From Octopus vulgaris (Eukaryota), in contig OX597819.1 of NCBI GenBank assembly GCA_951406725.2, positions 17,856,001 to 17,920,000 on the forward strand: 64,000 nucleotides of DNA, given 5' to 3'. The notes beneath the pieces are model-generated. The model ran no database searches. It saw only the letters and a list, made by a program, of their open reading frames with translations, and was not told where the DNA came from. Every line of letters begins with the position of its first letter. The stretch's first letter is position 1. Of this stretch, positions 11,591-25,264 are shown one piece after another. Both the position numbers and the translations under genes were made by a program.

Positions 11591-13196
11591 TTGTGTCTAA
11601 ACATGTACAGTTTAAGCGTTAGTAGCTACAGCAATTTAGAGTCACAGTTCATTCAAAATATGACGTAAACGTTTCTGAAATGTCTCAGAATAAATGTTGA
11701 GATTTTTTCCCTATCATTATCTTTGTGACATTCCTCTTGAAAATTAGGGGAATTAAGATGTCAGTTCTGTCAAGTAGTAAAACCTCATGATATAACAGAA
11801 TTCTTTGGCATCTTTGACCTTCGTGTAAATGTTAAGCAGTATCTTTCATATTTTCCTTTCATCTGCATAACTTCTTCACAGCACAAAATAAATTTTCGCA
11901 AGACAATTATATAAATTTGTGTGATTTTAGCATGTTTATGGAAATTTAGGGTACGTATAGAACATATTCCGAAATAGGTAAATAAAAAAAAAACAACTCA
12001 ATTTTAGGAAAGGTTTGCCTTCGTATAACAGCACCAATATTTACATTATAAAACAATAGCTAGAATCAGAGTTAGATGTAGGTATAATAGTATTCAGAAG
12101 ATATTTAATTAAGACAGTTTTGTTTTGGAGGTAGAGATTTATCAAGCGAACATCATTGCTATGCGGAAAATTATCCTCATACTTTTTTTCAGAAGTTGAA
12201 ATACCATTTTTGGATTATCTGTTTGGTATTATTATTAATTTTTGTAGATCAGTTATATTATCTCTTGGATGTTTGTCACTGTAATAGAATTTATTCCATG
12301 TGCTTACGTAGCTGTTAATTCCAGAATAAATTTATGTTAGGTGGGTTTATCGCTGTTATAAGGCCGTTTATTTGTTATATCTTGTTTGACTGCAGAAATA
12401 ATATATTACTGATTTTCAAATTTAGAATAATTGACGTTCCTTATCTCTGCAAGCTATTGGCGTTACTCCAAAATTCTATATTTTTTCATTAGCATAAATA
12501 AATCAACAGGGGGAATGGCTGAATAATATTCTTCGAGAGAGGAGACATTAGCCTTAAAGCCATATGTAAGGACAGAGTTGTTCACTTGTTGCGCAATATC
12601 TGAGGCTATTGTTTCGCTACAAATTCCTTTCTGTATAATCCTGTGTGTTCTGTTTCCTTAAATTCTAAGGAGATATTTTCTCAAAATAAAAATGATTCAA
12701 TCATTTGCATTGAAAACCGTTTCCACATCCTGGACTCACCTAATCTTAAACAGGTTTAATAATGTACAACAATCTTTACTGTAGAATAGCTGTCCTCTTA
12801 GGCATTTGATTATAACGTCGTCTGATAGTCTAATAGATCACATCTCCTACAACTTTTTCCATTGCTAACGGCTAAGCGCATATGAACGAATACATACGCA
12901 AGCATACACACACTAACACATGCACATACACGCGCAGACGATCATATATTATTCATTCTTTTTTATTAACTAGAATAAACGTGGCTTAAGTCAGTATTCA
13001 ACATATTGTTGGATATATATATGTATATATACATACATACACACACACACATACACACACACACATATATATATATGTTTGTATGTATAGAGAAAGAGGA
13101 AAAGAGAGAGACAGATACGTATACACATATACATATACAGCTAAGTATATGTATATACGACTATATTGTTACATATATACATATACATACATAAAG

Positions 13197-13247
<51 letters not shown>

Positions 13248-13753
13248 TACATACACATATATGAGAGTGTATGCATTTATGCTTTTTTGTATATATATAT
13301 ATATATATATACATACATAAATGCATAAACTCACATATATGTGTATGTATAATTGCTAATACTTACCATCTGTTAAAGCTATGCAAAAAGTATTTGTTTG
13401 GTGGTGTGACACTCTTTAATGTCGTATGACTTAGTACAAACGTTAGCTAATTAAAGCAAACATTTGCCAGAAGAGAGGGTGTATAAAATTTGAAAGTTAC
13501 TGCTGTTCTCTCGATATTCCCGATGAAGAAATGATAAGAGATTGTGTCTATGTATTTACGAAGCAAAAATACTTCAGTATCAGCAATGTATGAATAAATT
13601 CCACCGAAACACATTCTATACTGAAATATTGTTGTTTAGTAATAATTTTGAGTGAATCTATTATCAAGAATATTCCAGCTGTGCCCATCCCGTCAATTTT
13701 ACACATACGGAGAGGCTACTACTTCATTAGATACTGTTTGAAGGAGATTTATA

Positions 13754-13908
13754 TATTTCTTTACTGCCCACAAAGGGGCTAAACATAGAGAGGACAAACA
13801 AGGACAGACAAAGGGATTAAGTCGATTACATTGACCCTGTGCGAAACTGGTACTTTATTTATCGACCCCGAATGGATGAAAGGCAAAGTCGACCTCGGCG
13901 GAATTTGA
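13754..13908 (-). mobile_element. SINE family A, 5'-truncated
   Basis: Reverse complement of the core and tail of 16906-17136. Confidence 0.85.
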
Positions 13909-14019
13909 AAGTTGTGTCATTCCTAACAACTCGCTTAACCACATTGAAGCTACTTATATCCCCCATACATGCACATATGAAGAGAGACAGATTGATCGTT
14001 AGATAGATAAAGAAATAGG

Positions 14020-14125
<106 letters not shown>

Positions 14126-14851
14126 CAGACAGAGATATATGCATACTCAATTTTCATGTTATAATAATTAGAAAACCTCTAAGCGTGTTGAATTTGAAAA
14201 ACTTTTGTTCACCACCTGCATATACATTTCGGCTTCCGAAATCTTTTTAGTACAGATATTTCTGTCATATATATTATCGGAAAAAGAAGAAAGAAATGGC
14301 AAAGAATATTCATTTTTCTAAAATATCAATAATCTATTCAATTGTTATCACTATCTCACTTTGAAAGCATGTCATACAGCTATCACATGCATCCATATGT
14401 TGTGTAAACTCTTGGATTTTCACGCTGATAATAAACATGGCGCCCGAACTCCTTGGTTTCCTTTTGAGGGAAAGAAAAATATTTCAGCTTGGAGCAATTC
14501 TGACATGCTGTAAACCATATGGGCGATCTGCATTGAATAAATGAAAATATGTATAAGCTGGAACAGCTGCTAAAAGTTCCCAGTGCAGTCTGGTCTGCAG
14601 TCCAAATACAACAAATTGATCGACCAGAAAAACATTAAAAGTTATTCAAGTAGTGACTTTCTATTTTCATTTTTTTTAAGTGAGCTTCTAAAAATACCTA
14701 ATTTAGTATGACCTCTTATGGAGAAGACAGTGTACTTCAAATGCTATCTTTGTGACACAACTAAACCACGGTGGATTTCTTGTTTCCTCAAAATATGCAT
14801 TTGCGTTCATAAAAAAATTATTAAGTGTCATTGTACATCACACAGGTTATT

Positions 14852-15267
14852 TATTTCTTTATTGCCCACAAGGGGCTAAACATAGAGGGGACAAACAAGG
14901 ACAAACAAACGGATTAAGTCGATTATATCGATCCCAGTGCGAAACTGGTACTTTATTTATCGACCCTGAAAGAATGAGAGGCAAAGTCAACCTTGGCGGA
15001 ATTTGAACTCAGAACGTCACGACAGACGAAATACTTATTTCTTTACTACCCACAAGGGGCTAAACACAGAGAGGACAAACAAGGACAGGCAAAAGGATTA
15101 AGTCGATTATCTCGACCCCAGTACGTAACTGGTACGTAATTTGTCGACCATGAAAGGATGAAAGGCAAAGTCGAACTCGGCAGAATTTGAACTCAGAACG
15201 TAACGGCAAACAAAATACGGCTACGCATTTCGCCCGGCGTGCTAACGTGTCTGCCAGCTCACCGCCT
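14852..15267 (-). mobile_element. SINE family A tandem dimer
   Basis: Full copy at 15036-15267 joined directly to a head-less copy at 14852-15033. Confidence 0.9.
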
Positions 15268-15613
15268 TAACATCACACAAGTTATTACCATATCATATGT
15301 ACTATCAATTATATAAAAGTGTTTGTATCCCATTGAAGAGCGTTAGAAGGGAAAATGTCACGTTGACGGCTGTGGTTTACAACAGGCTGTCCGAGATGAA
15401 ACAATCCAGTCATTACTACAGCACAATAGATAACCACTGTGTGGCTTGCTTAATGCTACAGCTTCGATTCTTTGTGCCTTAAGTGTAATCCATGCGGTTG
15501 CAAGACACGAACGAACTCACGCCTCTCATGATAGTTTATCTCTTCTTCCCATGAGATACGGAAACCCTACAAGTTAACATCGCGTCAACACTTCGTTGGA
15601 TGCATTCATGCGT

Positions 15614-15674
15614 AATAAAAATGATGATGATGATGATAATAATAGTAATAACAATAATAATAATAATAATAATG

Positions 15675-15749
<75 letters not shown>

Positions 15750-15750
15750 T
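15614..15750. repeat. (AAT)n microsatellite
   Basis: Read directly. Confidence 0.95.
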
Positions 15751-17810
15751 GACTACCTCTCCACATTACTCTTGTGCATGGCACTGATCTCACCCTTAAA
15801 CGAACTGAGTAACACTAGGTATGGGTTCATAATGCATAACATTATAGTAAGCCATCTGTTTTACATGGACGATGTGAAACTGTTTGCAAGAAATGAGAAA
15901 GAGCTAGCAGGTCTGTTAACAACTGTTAAAGAGTTCAATGACATCGAAATGTATTAAGCAAGCCACAGAGTGAATATTTATTGCGCTGTAGTAAGGACTG
16001 AGTTGTTTCCTGTAGGACAATCGATCGTAAGGCATCGGGATGTGGTCTTGATAAATGTGATAAAGTAACTTTTATAAGTCTAAACAGCTTCCATTAAATT
16101 AAATAGAGCTTGACCGACAAGGGAGTTATAAATACCTGGGGATAAACGAAAGAGTCGGTATACAACATGCTACTCTGAAGGAAAAAATACGAAAGGATTA
16201 TTACAGGAGAAGACGACTCATACTTAAAACCGAACTCAACTCAAAAAATCGCATCGAAGCCATAACCCCCTGGCACTTCCAGTAGATCAATACAATTTTA
16301 ACATCATTAACTGGAACTTTACAGAGTTCCAACGCCTGGACAGGAAGACAAAATACTATTAAAATCTAAGAACATGCGCTACCCTAAAAACAGACCTTGA
16401 TTGTCTGTACCTACCTAGAAGTAATGGGGAAGAGGAAGAATGATGCAGATAGAAATATGCTGTAAGACCTTCACAGTAGCAATGAAGATGTATGTATATA
16501 TTAGAGTACTGGACGCTGCGAATTGGGTGCAAACCCGAAAGCAGTAAAAATCATCACCATTCTATTGTCAAGGAAGCTTGCATATTTGCAATGTGACTTG
16601 GCATTAACCTTGCATTAGATATAGAACCTGAAACCACTGCCACCAAACAAGCAAAATGGATCAAGCAAACTGCAAGAATTGGATGGGCAGACACAAAATG
16701 AGGAGCGGTGGAGCCAGAAGCCTCTGCATGGACAGTATATACTTCGAAGCCGAAATGCTGCTGTAGACTAAGCAACAACCTATCAGAGGCTGAGAAGCTC
16801 ATTACTGAAAGCAGAGACTGAAGGTTTCATATTGGTGGCACAAGATCCAAGATTACTTACCAAATACTACCAGGTTAACGTTCTTCAAAACGGTTCTGAC
16901 TCTTTGGCGGCGAGCTGGCAGAAACGTTAGCACGTCGGGTGAAATGCGTAGCCGTATTTCGTCTGTCGTTACGTTCTGAGTTCAAATTCCGCCGCGGTCG
17001 ACTTTGCCTTTCATCCTTTCGGGGTCGATAAATTAAGTACCAGTTACGCACTGGGGTCGATGTAATCGACTTAATACCTATGTCTGTCCTTGTTTGTCCC
17101 CTCTGTCTTTAGCCCCTTGTGGGTAATAAAGAAATAGGTTCTGACTCTAAATGCAGATTCTGCGATAAATTTGATGAAACAATAGTCCATCTCGTTGCGG
17201 CATGTCCGGCGCTGACACCAGATGAATGCGAAAATCGCCACGATAGGGTAGGACAGTATTGACACTGGAAAATATGTAAACACCACGAAGTTAGTACTCC
17301 TGCTTACTGGTATGGACATCACCCTGAGCCAGTCGAAGGTAAAAACGTCACTATTATCTGGGATGTAAGTGTTGCCCCTGATATAAATATATCTATATAG
17401 GAATTTGACAAATTGAGTAAATATAAGGACGGAGAAATTGAAATACAATAGATGTGACATCTTAAATCGATAACTGTTCCTGTTATTGTGGGTGCCCTCG
17501 GTATGATAAGAAAAGGATGTCAGAAACATCTAGATAATATACCAGGAGAACCATATCTCAATGAAAGCCAACAGATTTTGCTGAGAAGTACTGCCCATAT
17601 CCCTAGAAAAACCCTATCAATTTAAATGTATGTGTTGTATTCCATGAAAATATTTCGCTACTGCTCCTGCCACTTAACCCCCCTACACACACACCCAGAG
17701 CTATCAGTCATATTGTAACATCTCTTATCATTCACTCGCCCTAGGAGGCTGGGTACGTCTCGGTGAGTGGTTGTATCAATCATGCAGACTAAACGTAAAT
17801 AAAAATGATG
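15751..17810 (+). pseudogene. Dong/R4-type LINE, 5'-truncated and decayed (RT C-half, CCHC, REL)
   Basis: SHLFYMDDVKLFA, YKYLG, LKAETEGFILVAQD, CRFC..DETIVHLVAAC, RHDRV, VPVIVGALGMI. Flanked by (AAT)n on both sides. Confidence 0.9.
16906..17136 (+). mobile_element. SINE family A, full length, 12-bp TSD
   Basis: TSD ggttctgactct at 16892-16903 and 17137-17148. B-box gagttcaaattcc, core gcctttcatcctttcggggtcgataaattaagtaccag. Confidence 0.95.
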
Positions 17811-17985
17811 AATAATAATAATGATAATAAATAATAAATAATAATAATAATGATGATGATGATGATAATATAATAATAATAATAATGATGATGATGATGA
17901 TGATGACGATAATAATAATGATAATAATAGTAATAATAATAATAAAATAGTAATAATAATAGTAATAGTAATAATAACAATAATG

Positions 17986-18051
<66 letters not shown>

Positions 18052-18075
18052 GTAATAATAATAATGATAATAATG

Positions 18076-18155
<80 letters not shown>

Positions 18156-18262
18156 TAATAATAATATTAATGACAAACAAAACAACAATAATAATGATAT
18201 AGTGGTAATGATGATGATAATGATGCTGCTGCTGATGATTATGGAAATGATTAGATAATAAT
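17805..18262. repeat. (AAT)n/(GAT)n microsatellite
   Basis: Read directly. Confidence 0.95.
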
Positions 18263-18399
18263 ACAGTTAAACAAATGTAACGTAGATTGCAATCTATATT
18301 TTCCTATCGTAAGGCCTGTTTATTTATTACTTTGTACTCATAGGAATTCGAGAACCCATCAACCTGTGCAACAAGGAGCAGTGAATGAAAGAACCTGTG

Positions 18400-18860
18400 C
18401 GCCTAGAAAACTGCGCGCTTACACAATGCATGGAGTCTTTTAAATTTTGATATTTCTATAATGTCGTGCGAACTGTTGAACAAGCGAAATGTTTAACTGT
18501 CACGATATGCTCCTGGTAGGTTGTTCACTGATATGTTGTGCCAGAATGAATCTGTGGATATAGTAATCTGAGCAGCGAACAACGTACTTATGGAATATAC
18601 TTGATAATTCTAATTTGTCGCCCTTTGTCAAAAGCTCCATCTAACGACGTTTTAGACTTCACAGGGATGCGTCAGAAGCAGCCACAGCATCAAGATATTT
18701 TCCTGGAAAAATGTGATTGTACTTGCTCAAGTTTAAATGCAACAGCGATTATTTGTTAATTTTGGTGACCTTGCAAATATTAATCCGGTTGAACTTCAGC
18801 GGAATTATTGATGAGAATATATACCGCTCTTATTGCAGCCAATTATATTGGACGATTATC
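18400..18860 (-). pseudogene. Possible decayed Penelope GIY-YIG endonuclease region
   Basis: Minus frame reads LTKGDKLELSSIFHKYVVRCSDYYIHRFILAQHISEQP, resembling KDK..S.VIY.F.C.C..YIG.T..L..RI.EH. Confidence 0.35.
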
Positions 18861-18894
18861 TAATTAGAAACGAACGCACGCACACGCTTCCATT

Positions 18895-19335
18895 TTATCC
18901 CATGTGGCTCCCATGTGACTATCAGCCATCTTTCTTTCCCTCCGTTGTAGCTGGAACAAGGAAGAAGTATTCTTGTTTGTCTCCTGTCTTAGCTTGATTT
19001 ACGCGTTCGCCACCACAACCCCGTTTAGGCTTAGTAGCCCTTCCTCTTTGTTTTCACTGTCCTGTTTGTGTTACCTATTTTGACCCTCCGCAAAATCCCA
19101 AATTTCATTTAATTTGCTTTGCGGGAGCAACTATTTTATTGTAAGCGTATATTGTTGTTAAATGCTCGAAATACAAGACTAGAAAAAAAAGCAAACAACT
19201 TGTGAAAGGTTGTTCATTATGTTGTTTGTTCTGTTTTCCATTTGGGTATTTCGTTGTTCGAAAGAATAACTCATGTTCCATGTACTCGTGCTTCGTACTT
19301 TTTTGTCGTACACATTTCGTGACGTCCTCCACCCA
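18895..19335 (+). repeat. Family E repeat (homolog of 215-690)
   Basis: Aligns by eye and ends shortly before a (TA)n tract. Confidence 0.55.
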
Positions 19336-19387
19336 CGTATGCTTATATATATACTTATAGATGTATGTAGATACAGGTATGTATATA

Positions 19388-19480
<93 letters not shown>

Positions 19481-19491
19481 CTATCTATCTG

Positions 19492-19524
<33 letters not shown>

Positions 19525-19554
19525 GTGTATGTATGTATATATATGTGAGTGTGT

Positions 19555-19780
19555 GTGTGTGTGTGCATATGCTTGTGTGTCTGTGTTTGCCCCCCCCACA
19601 TCGCTTGACAACGATGATAGTGTGTTTACGTCCCCGTAACTTAGCGGTTCGACGAAAGAGACCGATAGAATACCGTGCTAGACTTACAAAGAATAAATCC
19701 TGGGGTCGATTTGCTCGACTAAAGGCGGTGCTGCAGCATGGACACAGTCAAATGACTCAAGCAAGTAAAAGAGTAAAGAG
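19555..19780 (+). mobile_element. SINE family B, 3' half
   Basis: Near-identical to 20010-20205. Confidence 0.9.
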
Positions 19781-19800
19781 TATATATATATATATAGACG

Positions 19801-19972
19801 TAGGAGTGGCTGTGTGGTAAGTATCTTGCTTACCAACCACATGGTCCCGGGTTCAGTCCCACTGCGTGGCACCTTGGGCAAGTGTCTTCTACTATAGCCT
19901 CGGGCCGACCAAAGTCTTGTGAGTGGATTTGGTAGACGGAAACTGAAAGAAGCCCGTCGTATATATATATGA

Positions 19973-20008
<36 letters not shown>

Positions 20009-20202
20009 TTGTGTGTCTGTGTTTGTCCTCCTAACATCGCTTGACAACCGATGCTGGTGTGTTTACGTCCCCGTAACTTAGCGGTTCGGCAAAAGAGATC
20101 GATAGAATAAGTACTAGGCTTCCAAAGAATAAGACCTGGGGGCGATTTGCTCGACTAAAGGCGGTGTTCCAGCATGGCCACAGTCAAATGCCTGAAACAA
20201 GT

Positions 20203-20210
<8 letters not shown>
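19801..20210 (+). mobile_element. tRNA-derived SINE family B, full length, with internal (TA)/(TG) tract
   Basis: A-box tggctgtgtgg, B-box ggttcagtccc, gtggcaccttgggcaagtg body, tail ggcggtgttccagcatggccacagtc. Confidence 0.92.
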
Positions 20211-20263
<53 letters not shown>

Positions 20264-20433
20264 GAGGCCGGTATGCATGGGCGACTGCTGGTCTTCCATA
20301 AAACAACCTTGCCCAGACTTGTGCCTCAGAGGGTATCTCTCTAGGTGCAAACCCATGGTCAGTGCCTGACCGAAGGGGGTCTTTACCCTTTATGGGAGAG
20401 ATAGACAGACAGACAGATAGGTAGGTAGGTAGG

Positions 20434-20497
<64 letters not shown>

Positions 20498-20628
20498 CAG
20501 ATAGTGACGTATAAGCATACATGTTTCTTTTTATACCCATACTCATGTACACATAAGATATAGAATTGCAGCACCTGCTAAATATCTAGTCAATCGACCC
20601 AGCTGTGAATCGATCTCTGCTCATTGTC

Positions 20629-20897
20629 TGTAGGTTAACACTACGCATACCCATTTACCCACACACCTCTTCCCCCACATATCACATGGCCATGTTAGTC
20701 ACGTTATATTTATGGCAACTGATGGAGCGTCATGTATGTCCAGCCGAGGCGTGGCTGCTGAAGCGAATCGAAGAAGCAGTGTAGCAAAGAAGGGAACAAG
20801 TTATTGAGCAATCGTGCGTGAGTTTTCGCTAACGTTTGTGTACTGTATGTTTATATAAACAATAAAATCTCAACATATAACACATATCTCCACTACA
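20629..20897 (+). mobile_element. Possible solo LTR
   Basis: TGTAG...CTACA termini and AATAAA at 20861. No TSD found. Confidence 0.3.
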
Positions 20898-21115
20898 ATA
20901 CATAGAGGCGAAGCACGCCACAGATACATAATTTACAGCCGAGTATAGAGACGTAGAAAACAGCTAAGTCATATATATGTGTGTATTGGTTTATTTCAAA
21001 CCACTTGTAGACATATGCAGGCAACACATGATCACATAGACACAGGCACATAAATATTAATATATACATCAACTACATAAAGAAAAGAGCACATAGTGAG
21101 GCATATACATGTGAA

Positions 21116-21151
<36 letters not shown>

Positions 21152-21608
21152 TGAGTATGTATGTTTGTAGATAATTATTTGCATATGTGCGTGCGTAGAT
21201 TGTGGTAGAGACTGAAATAAAATAAAGCGCAGTGATTTATAAGATTCAGCTGATGATAAACAGCAAGGCGAAATTGCAACATATACAGACGCATGCACAT
21301 AAGCACACACTCAGGAACACACATAGACGTACATGCAACACATAACCACTTTTACGCACGCACGCATACACATGTACGTGCTGACAAATATACAAACACA
21401 TAAGAATATAGCATTGTCTGTTTGCTTGTGTTCATTTTTCTGAGTTCACGTTTTTCCATATAGCTTTCCTTAAACGCACACTCAGACACACTCAGACACA
21501 CACAGACACACACAGACGTACACATACAATTACACATAAATACGTACGCAAACATACACACAGACACACAAACATGCGCACGCATATACATACATATATA
21601 TATATGCA

Positions 21609-21647
<39 letters not shown>

Positions 21648-21718
21648 ACTAGGTATATGTGTAAATATATATATACATATATATATGTATACTATGTATG
21701 TGTGTATATATATATATA

Positions 21719-21791
<73 letters not shown>

Positions 21792-21792
<1 letters not shown>

Positions 21793-22640
21793 CTAGGTGC
21801 GATAGGTAAGCTCTCGCCATCTTACACATTTAATTTCGCGCATGCGCATTGTTTGTTTTGATTTTGTTGACTACGCAGTATGATAGGGGTAGCTGGGCCC
21901 TGTCTGTGCGAAATACAGGTCCATAACACAATTCACTCCACCAGCAGAAATTTGGAAAAGATCTGCTGTACTGCCTGGCATTGGCACCGAAATCGCCAAT
22001 GCGAACATTTCATAGTGTTTGTGTGTCGATCTCAAGAGAGTGCAATCTGAGAACATACACCGAGAGAGATAACTATCAAATGTCCAGTTAACATTATCGG
22101 GTTTGGAGTGATCAGTAACGATGGCGACGTTACGTCTCCATTCATCTTCCCACACGGCCTCAGACTCAACACGGAGTCCGACACGTAGTGCTGCCCTGGG
22201 TCAAGAGGGTGGTTGCTGGAAGATCCTATGTCGGGCACCAGGACTCTGCACCATGCTACACAATCAGGAGAATCCAGTCATGGCTGTCAGACAATTTCAG
22301 CAACCACATCATCCCTAACATCTGGCCACCTACCTCCCCATACTGCAACACCCTTGGTTATTATGTGTCGTACTCATTGACCGACAGACCAACAAAACCC
22401 CTTCTAATACCAAAGATGAACTGAACACAAGAATTATGGCAGCATTCACCAACCTAAACAGAGAGACCGTCCAGATGATTGCAGGAGATTCCAAAGACGT
22501 CTGGAGGTCGTAGTTGAAACCAATGGCGATTTTATTGAATAAATTTACTCTTTATTATTTCAAGTTATTTTTCTGTAACTTTTGTAAATATATCTGCTAA
22601 GATAGATGTTAGTGTTATTTTCACTTTTGCGTGTTTTAGA
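21792..22640 (+). mobile_element. Tc1/mariner (DD37D, maT-like) transposon relic, internally deleted
   Basis: FGVISNDGDV...QDSAPCYT...IWPPTSPYCNTLGYYV, with 37 residues between D2 and a mutated D3. Ends RLEVVVETNGDFIE* at 22542. Confidence 0.85.
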
Positions 22641-22849
22641 CGACAGTACCAGATAATTGACTTTACAGTCCCAAATGATAAAAAAAACAAACAATGTGAG
22701 AGGTATAGAATAAAGAGCAAAGTTGCAGGACCTGGCCATTGAATTACAGAGATTATGGAAAGCGCAACACCAGGCATTGGCTCTTATGATTTCTGATCTT
22801 AACTGATTGGAAGTGTTATCATACATACTATGTTTTGTATTGGTGTAAA

Positions 22850-23080
22850 AGATAGGCTACAGCAAACATTCTGCTCAATACCACATATTTGCTTGATCTT
22901 ATCCAGTTGAGCATATCCCATGGTGGCTGACGACATGTGCATCTCTGATCACGAGCAGAAGTAGTGGGGGATCATCATCGCCACATGTTGAGAGGATTTC
23001 TTTGGGGTTTGAATAATTCACCTCTGGAAACATGAGTATTTCGTTCAACATTCTTATTCAGTTACCTTGAGAGCGCCATG
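22850..23080 (+). repeat. Dispersed repeat family F fragment
   Basis: Reverse complement of part of 62245-62626 (gtggctgacga.atgtgcatctctgatcacgagcaga...). Confidence 0.8.
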
Positions 23081-23604
23081 GGTTATTCACATTTCCTGCT
23101 TCAGGCATCTTATAAAATTGTGATAATGTTGATTCACAGAAAAATATGAATGGAAACCCTCGAGTGAAGCCTCAACAAATTTTGTTTCCATCCTTTGCCC
23201 TGATAATTATTTGTATCTCGTGTACAATGATTCTGTGTGTTTTTTTTTTTTTTTGATGGCAAAAGCAAATTATATACCTTGATAATGTTCCATGGCGTCT
23301 AACTCATTTTACCAATCACAAACGCAAAAACACAAAGTCAACAACATTCGCCATTTAAATGCAAATGTCAGATAAAGGTTGCTACAGTAATTTACGTGGT
23401 TTCTTTAAGTAGCGGAAGTAATGCAAAAAGCGTAAAACTCCCAAGGTTTTCAATCATTGGTTACAGTTATTTTTCGATGTTTCCATTGTATTAATAGCTC
23501 AGCATTTATATACATTGCTTATGATAAATACATCAAATCAAAAGATGTTGCCTTTGTAGATAAAGTCCACGCCTTATAGTCTTCATTGATAATCTTCTGC
23601 ATAT

Positions 23605-24000
23605 AGCCACAGGCATGGCTTGAATAGTTAAGAAGCTCTTTTTTTTACACACACGGTTTCGGGTTCAATCTCACATTGCGGCTCGCTGGACAAGTATGTT
23701 CAACTGAAGCCACATTAATCAACCAATGCTTTGTAAGTGAATTTGGCAGACGGAAACTATATGGAATCCCATCGACTATATGTGTGTGTAAGTATGCCTT
23801 TGTGTGTGGCTCTTATCATTGCTTGACAAGCAGCATTGGTTTGCATACGCCCCCATAACGTAGAGGTTCGTCAAAAGGAAGAGAATAGAATAAGTACCAA
23901 ACTTTGAAAAATAAGTACCGGCGTCGATTTCTTTGACTAAACCGTTGACGGCGGTGCCCCAGCATGCTCACAACCTAACGATTGGAGCATGTCAAATGGA
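23605..24000 (+). mobile_element. SINE family B, old diverged copy
   Basis: gggttcaatc B-box, gacggaaact, ggcggtgccccagcatg tail. Confidence 0.8.
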
Positions 24001-24222
24001 GAAGGAATAAAGCAATCCGTTGAGTTTATTGCTTTTACAACAACTATCTCGCCAAGAGAATTGTACAAGAACCAGATGATATCTTGCCACATTCAATGCC
24101 AAAATGGAAATATGAAAACAGAGTGAATGGGATTTGTATCTGATGAATACCTATCATTAAACCCTGTTAATCTTTATAATTATTATTTAAGCTGTTGGTT
24201 GAGGCAGCATGGTTTTAGAAAC

Positions 24223-24236
24223 GTTGCTATGGCAAC
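24223..24236. promoter_or_regulatory. RFX X-box-like palindrome GTTGCTATGGCAAC
   Basis: One mismatch from GTTGCCATGGCAAC, in apparently non-repeat DNA. No target gene visible. Confidence 0.3.
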
Positions 24237-24454
24237 ATAAGAACGAAACAAGTTAGTGGTACTGAATTTCCCAGTCTATCAATCGATGGAGGAGTTATTT
24301 GTGTAGCGGAGATGGGTGGAATTGTAAAAAATTTGGTCGAATTGATTGATTACAATAATCGATCTGAAATACATTTGACCAACAATATATAAGAAGCAAA
24401 ATTGACTGCAATATGAGCCGAAATCAGAACACAAGCGGGTGCACGATAATAATT

Positions 24455-25020
24455 ATTAGGTCATCAAGTATGAAATCTGCAGAAAATAAAAAAATTGCTA
24501 ATATTTTCTAAATACAAGGAATTCCTTTATTCATCAAAGTATGCATCCATATTGTCAATACACTTTTGCCATTTCAGCGGTAGCTTGTCCAGTCAGGAAC
24601 TGTAAAAGCCTGCCAGTCTAGAGTCAATAAAATCTTGGAAGGCCTGTTTTACAGCATCGGAATTAAACTTTTTTCCTATTAAAAAGTTATCCAAATTCTG
24701 GAAGAAGTGGTAGTCAGTGGGGGCAAGATCCAGGTGAGTACGGTGGATGATGGAGAAATTCCAACTCCAACTCCTGTTGTTTCGCCAATGTCATTTTTGC
24801 GATGAGTGGTCTGGCATTGTCTTGCAATAAAATAGGAGTGGATCTGTTGACTAATCTAGGCTGTTTTTTGTAAGTTTCTGCATCATTTGGTCGTGTTGGC
24901 TGCAATATACTTCGGCCGAGATTTATGAGCCAGGTTTAATGAAATCATAATAGATCACATCGGCGCCAGACCACCAAACACACATTATCAGCTTCTTTTT
25001 ATGAATTTTGCTTTTTGGAC
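24455..25020 (-). mobile_element. mariner (DD34D-type) transposase relic, 3' half with probable TIR
   Basis: KLIMCVWWS, ILLQDNARP, HPPYSP.LAPTDYHFF, WQKCIDNMDAYFDE*. ta-ttaggtc mariner-like end near 24455. Confidence 0.9.
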
Positions 25021-25264
25021 ACACACATATATATATACACATACACACGAACACATACCCACACACATAGTAAGAGATCATCAATCCGAGAAAATATTTC
25101 ATAAACTCTCTAATGGCACACCAGCCTAACAAAATTAGTTAGATTAGTGAAGAACTGCGAGTAATTTTTTGGTAGGATTCCAAGTTATGGTTCATCACAA
25201 TTCTATATTGTAACTCCATGGATTGGCTCCTGATAAACTGATTTTTACAGAGTGATATGTAAGA

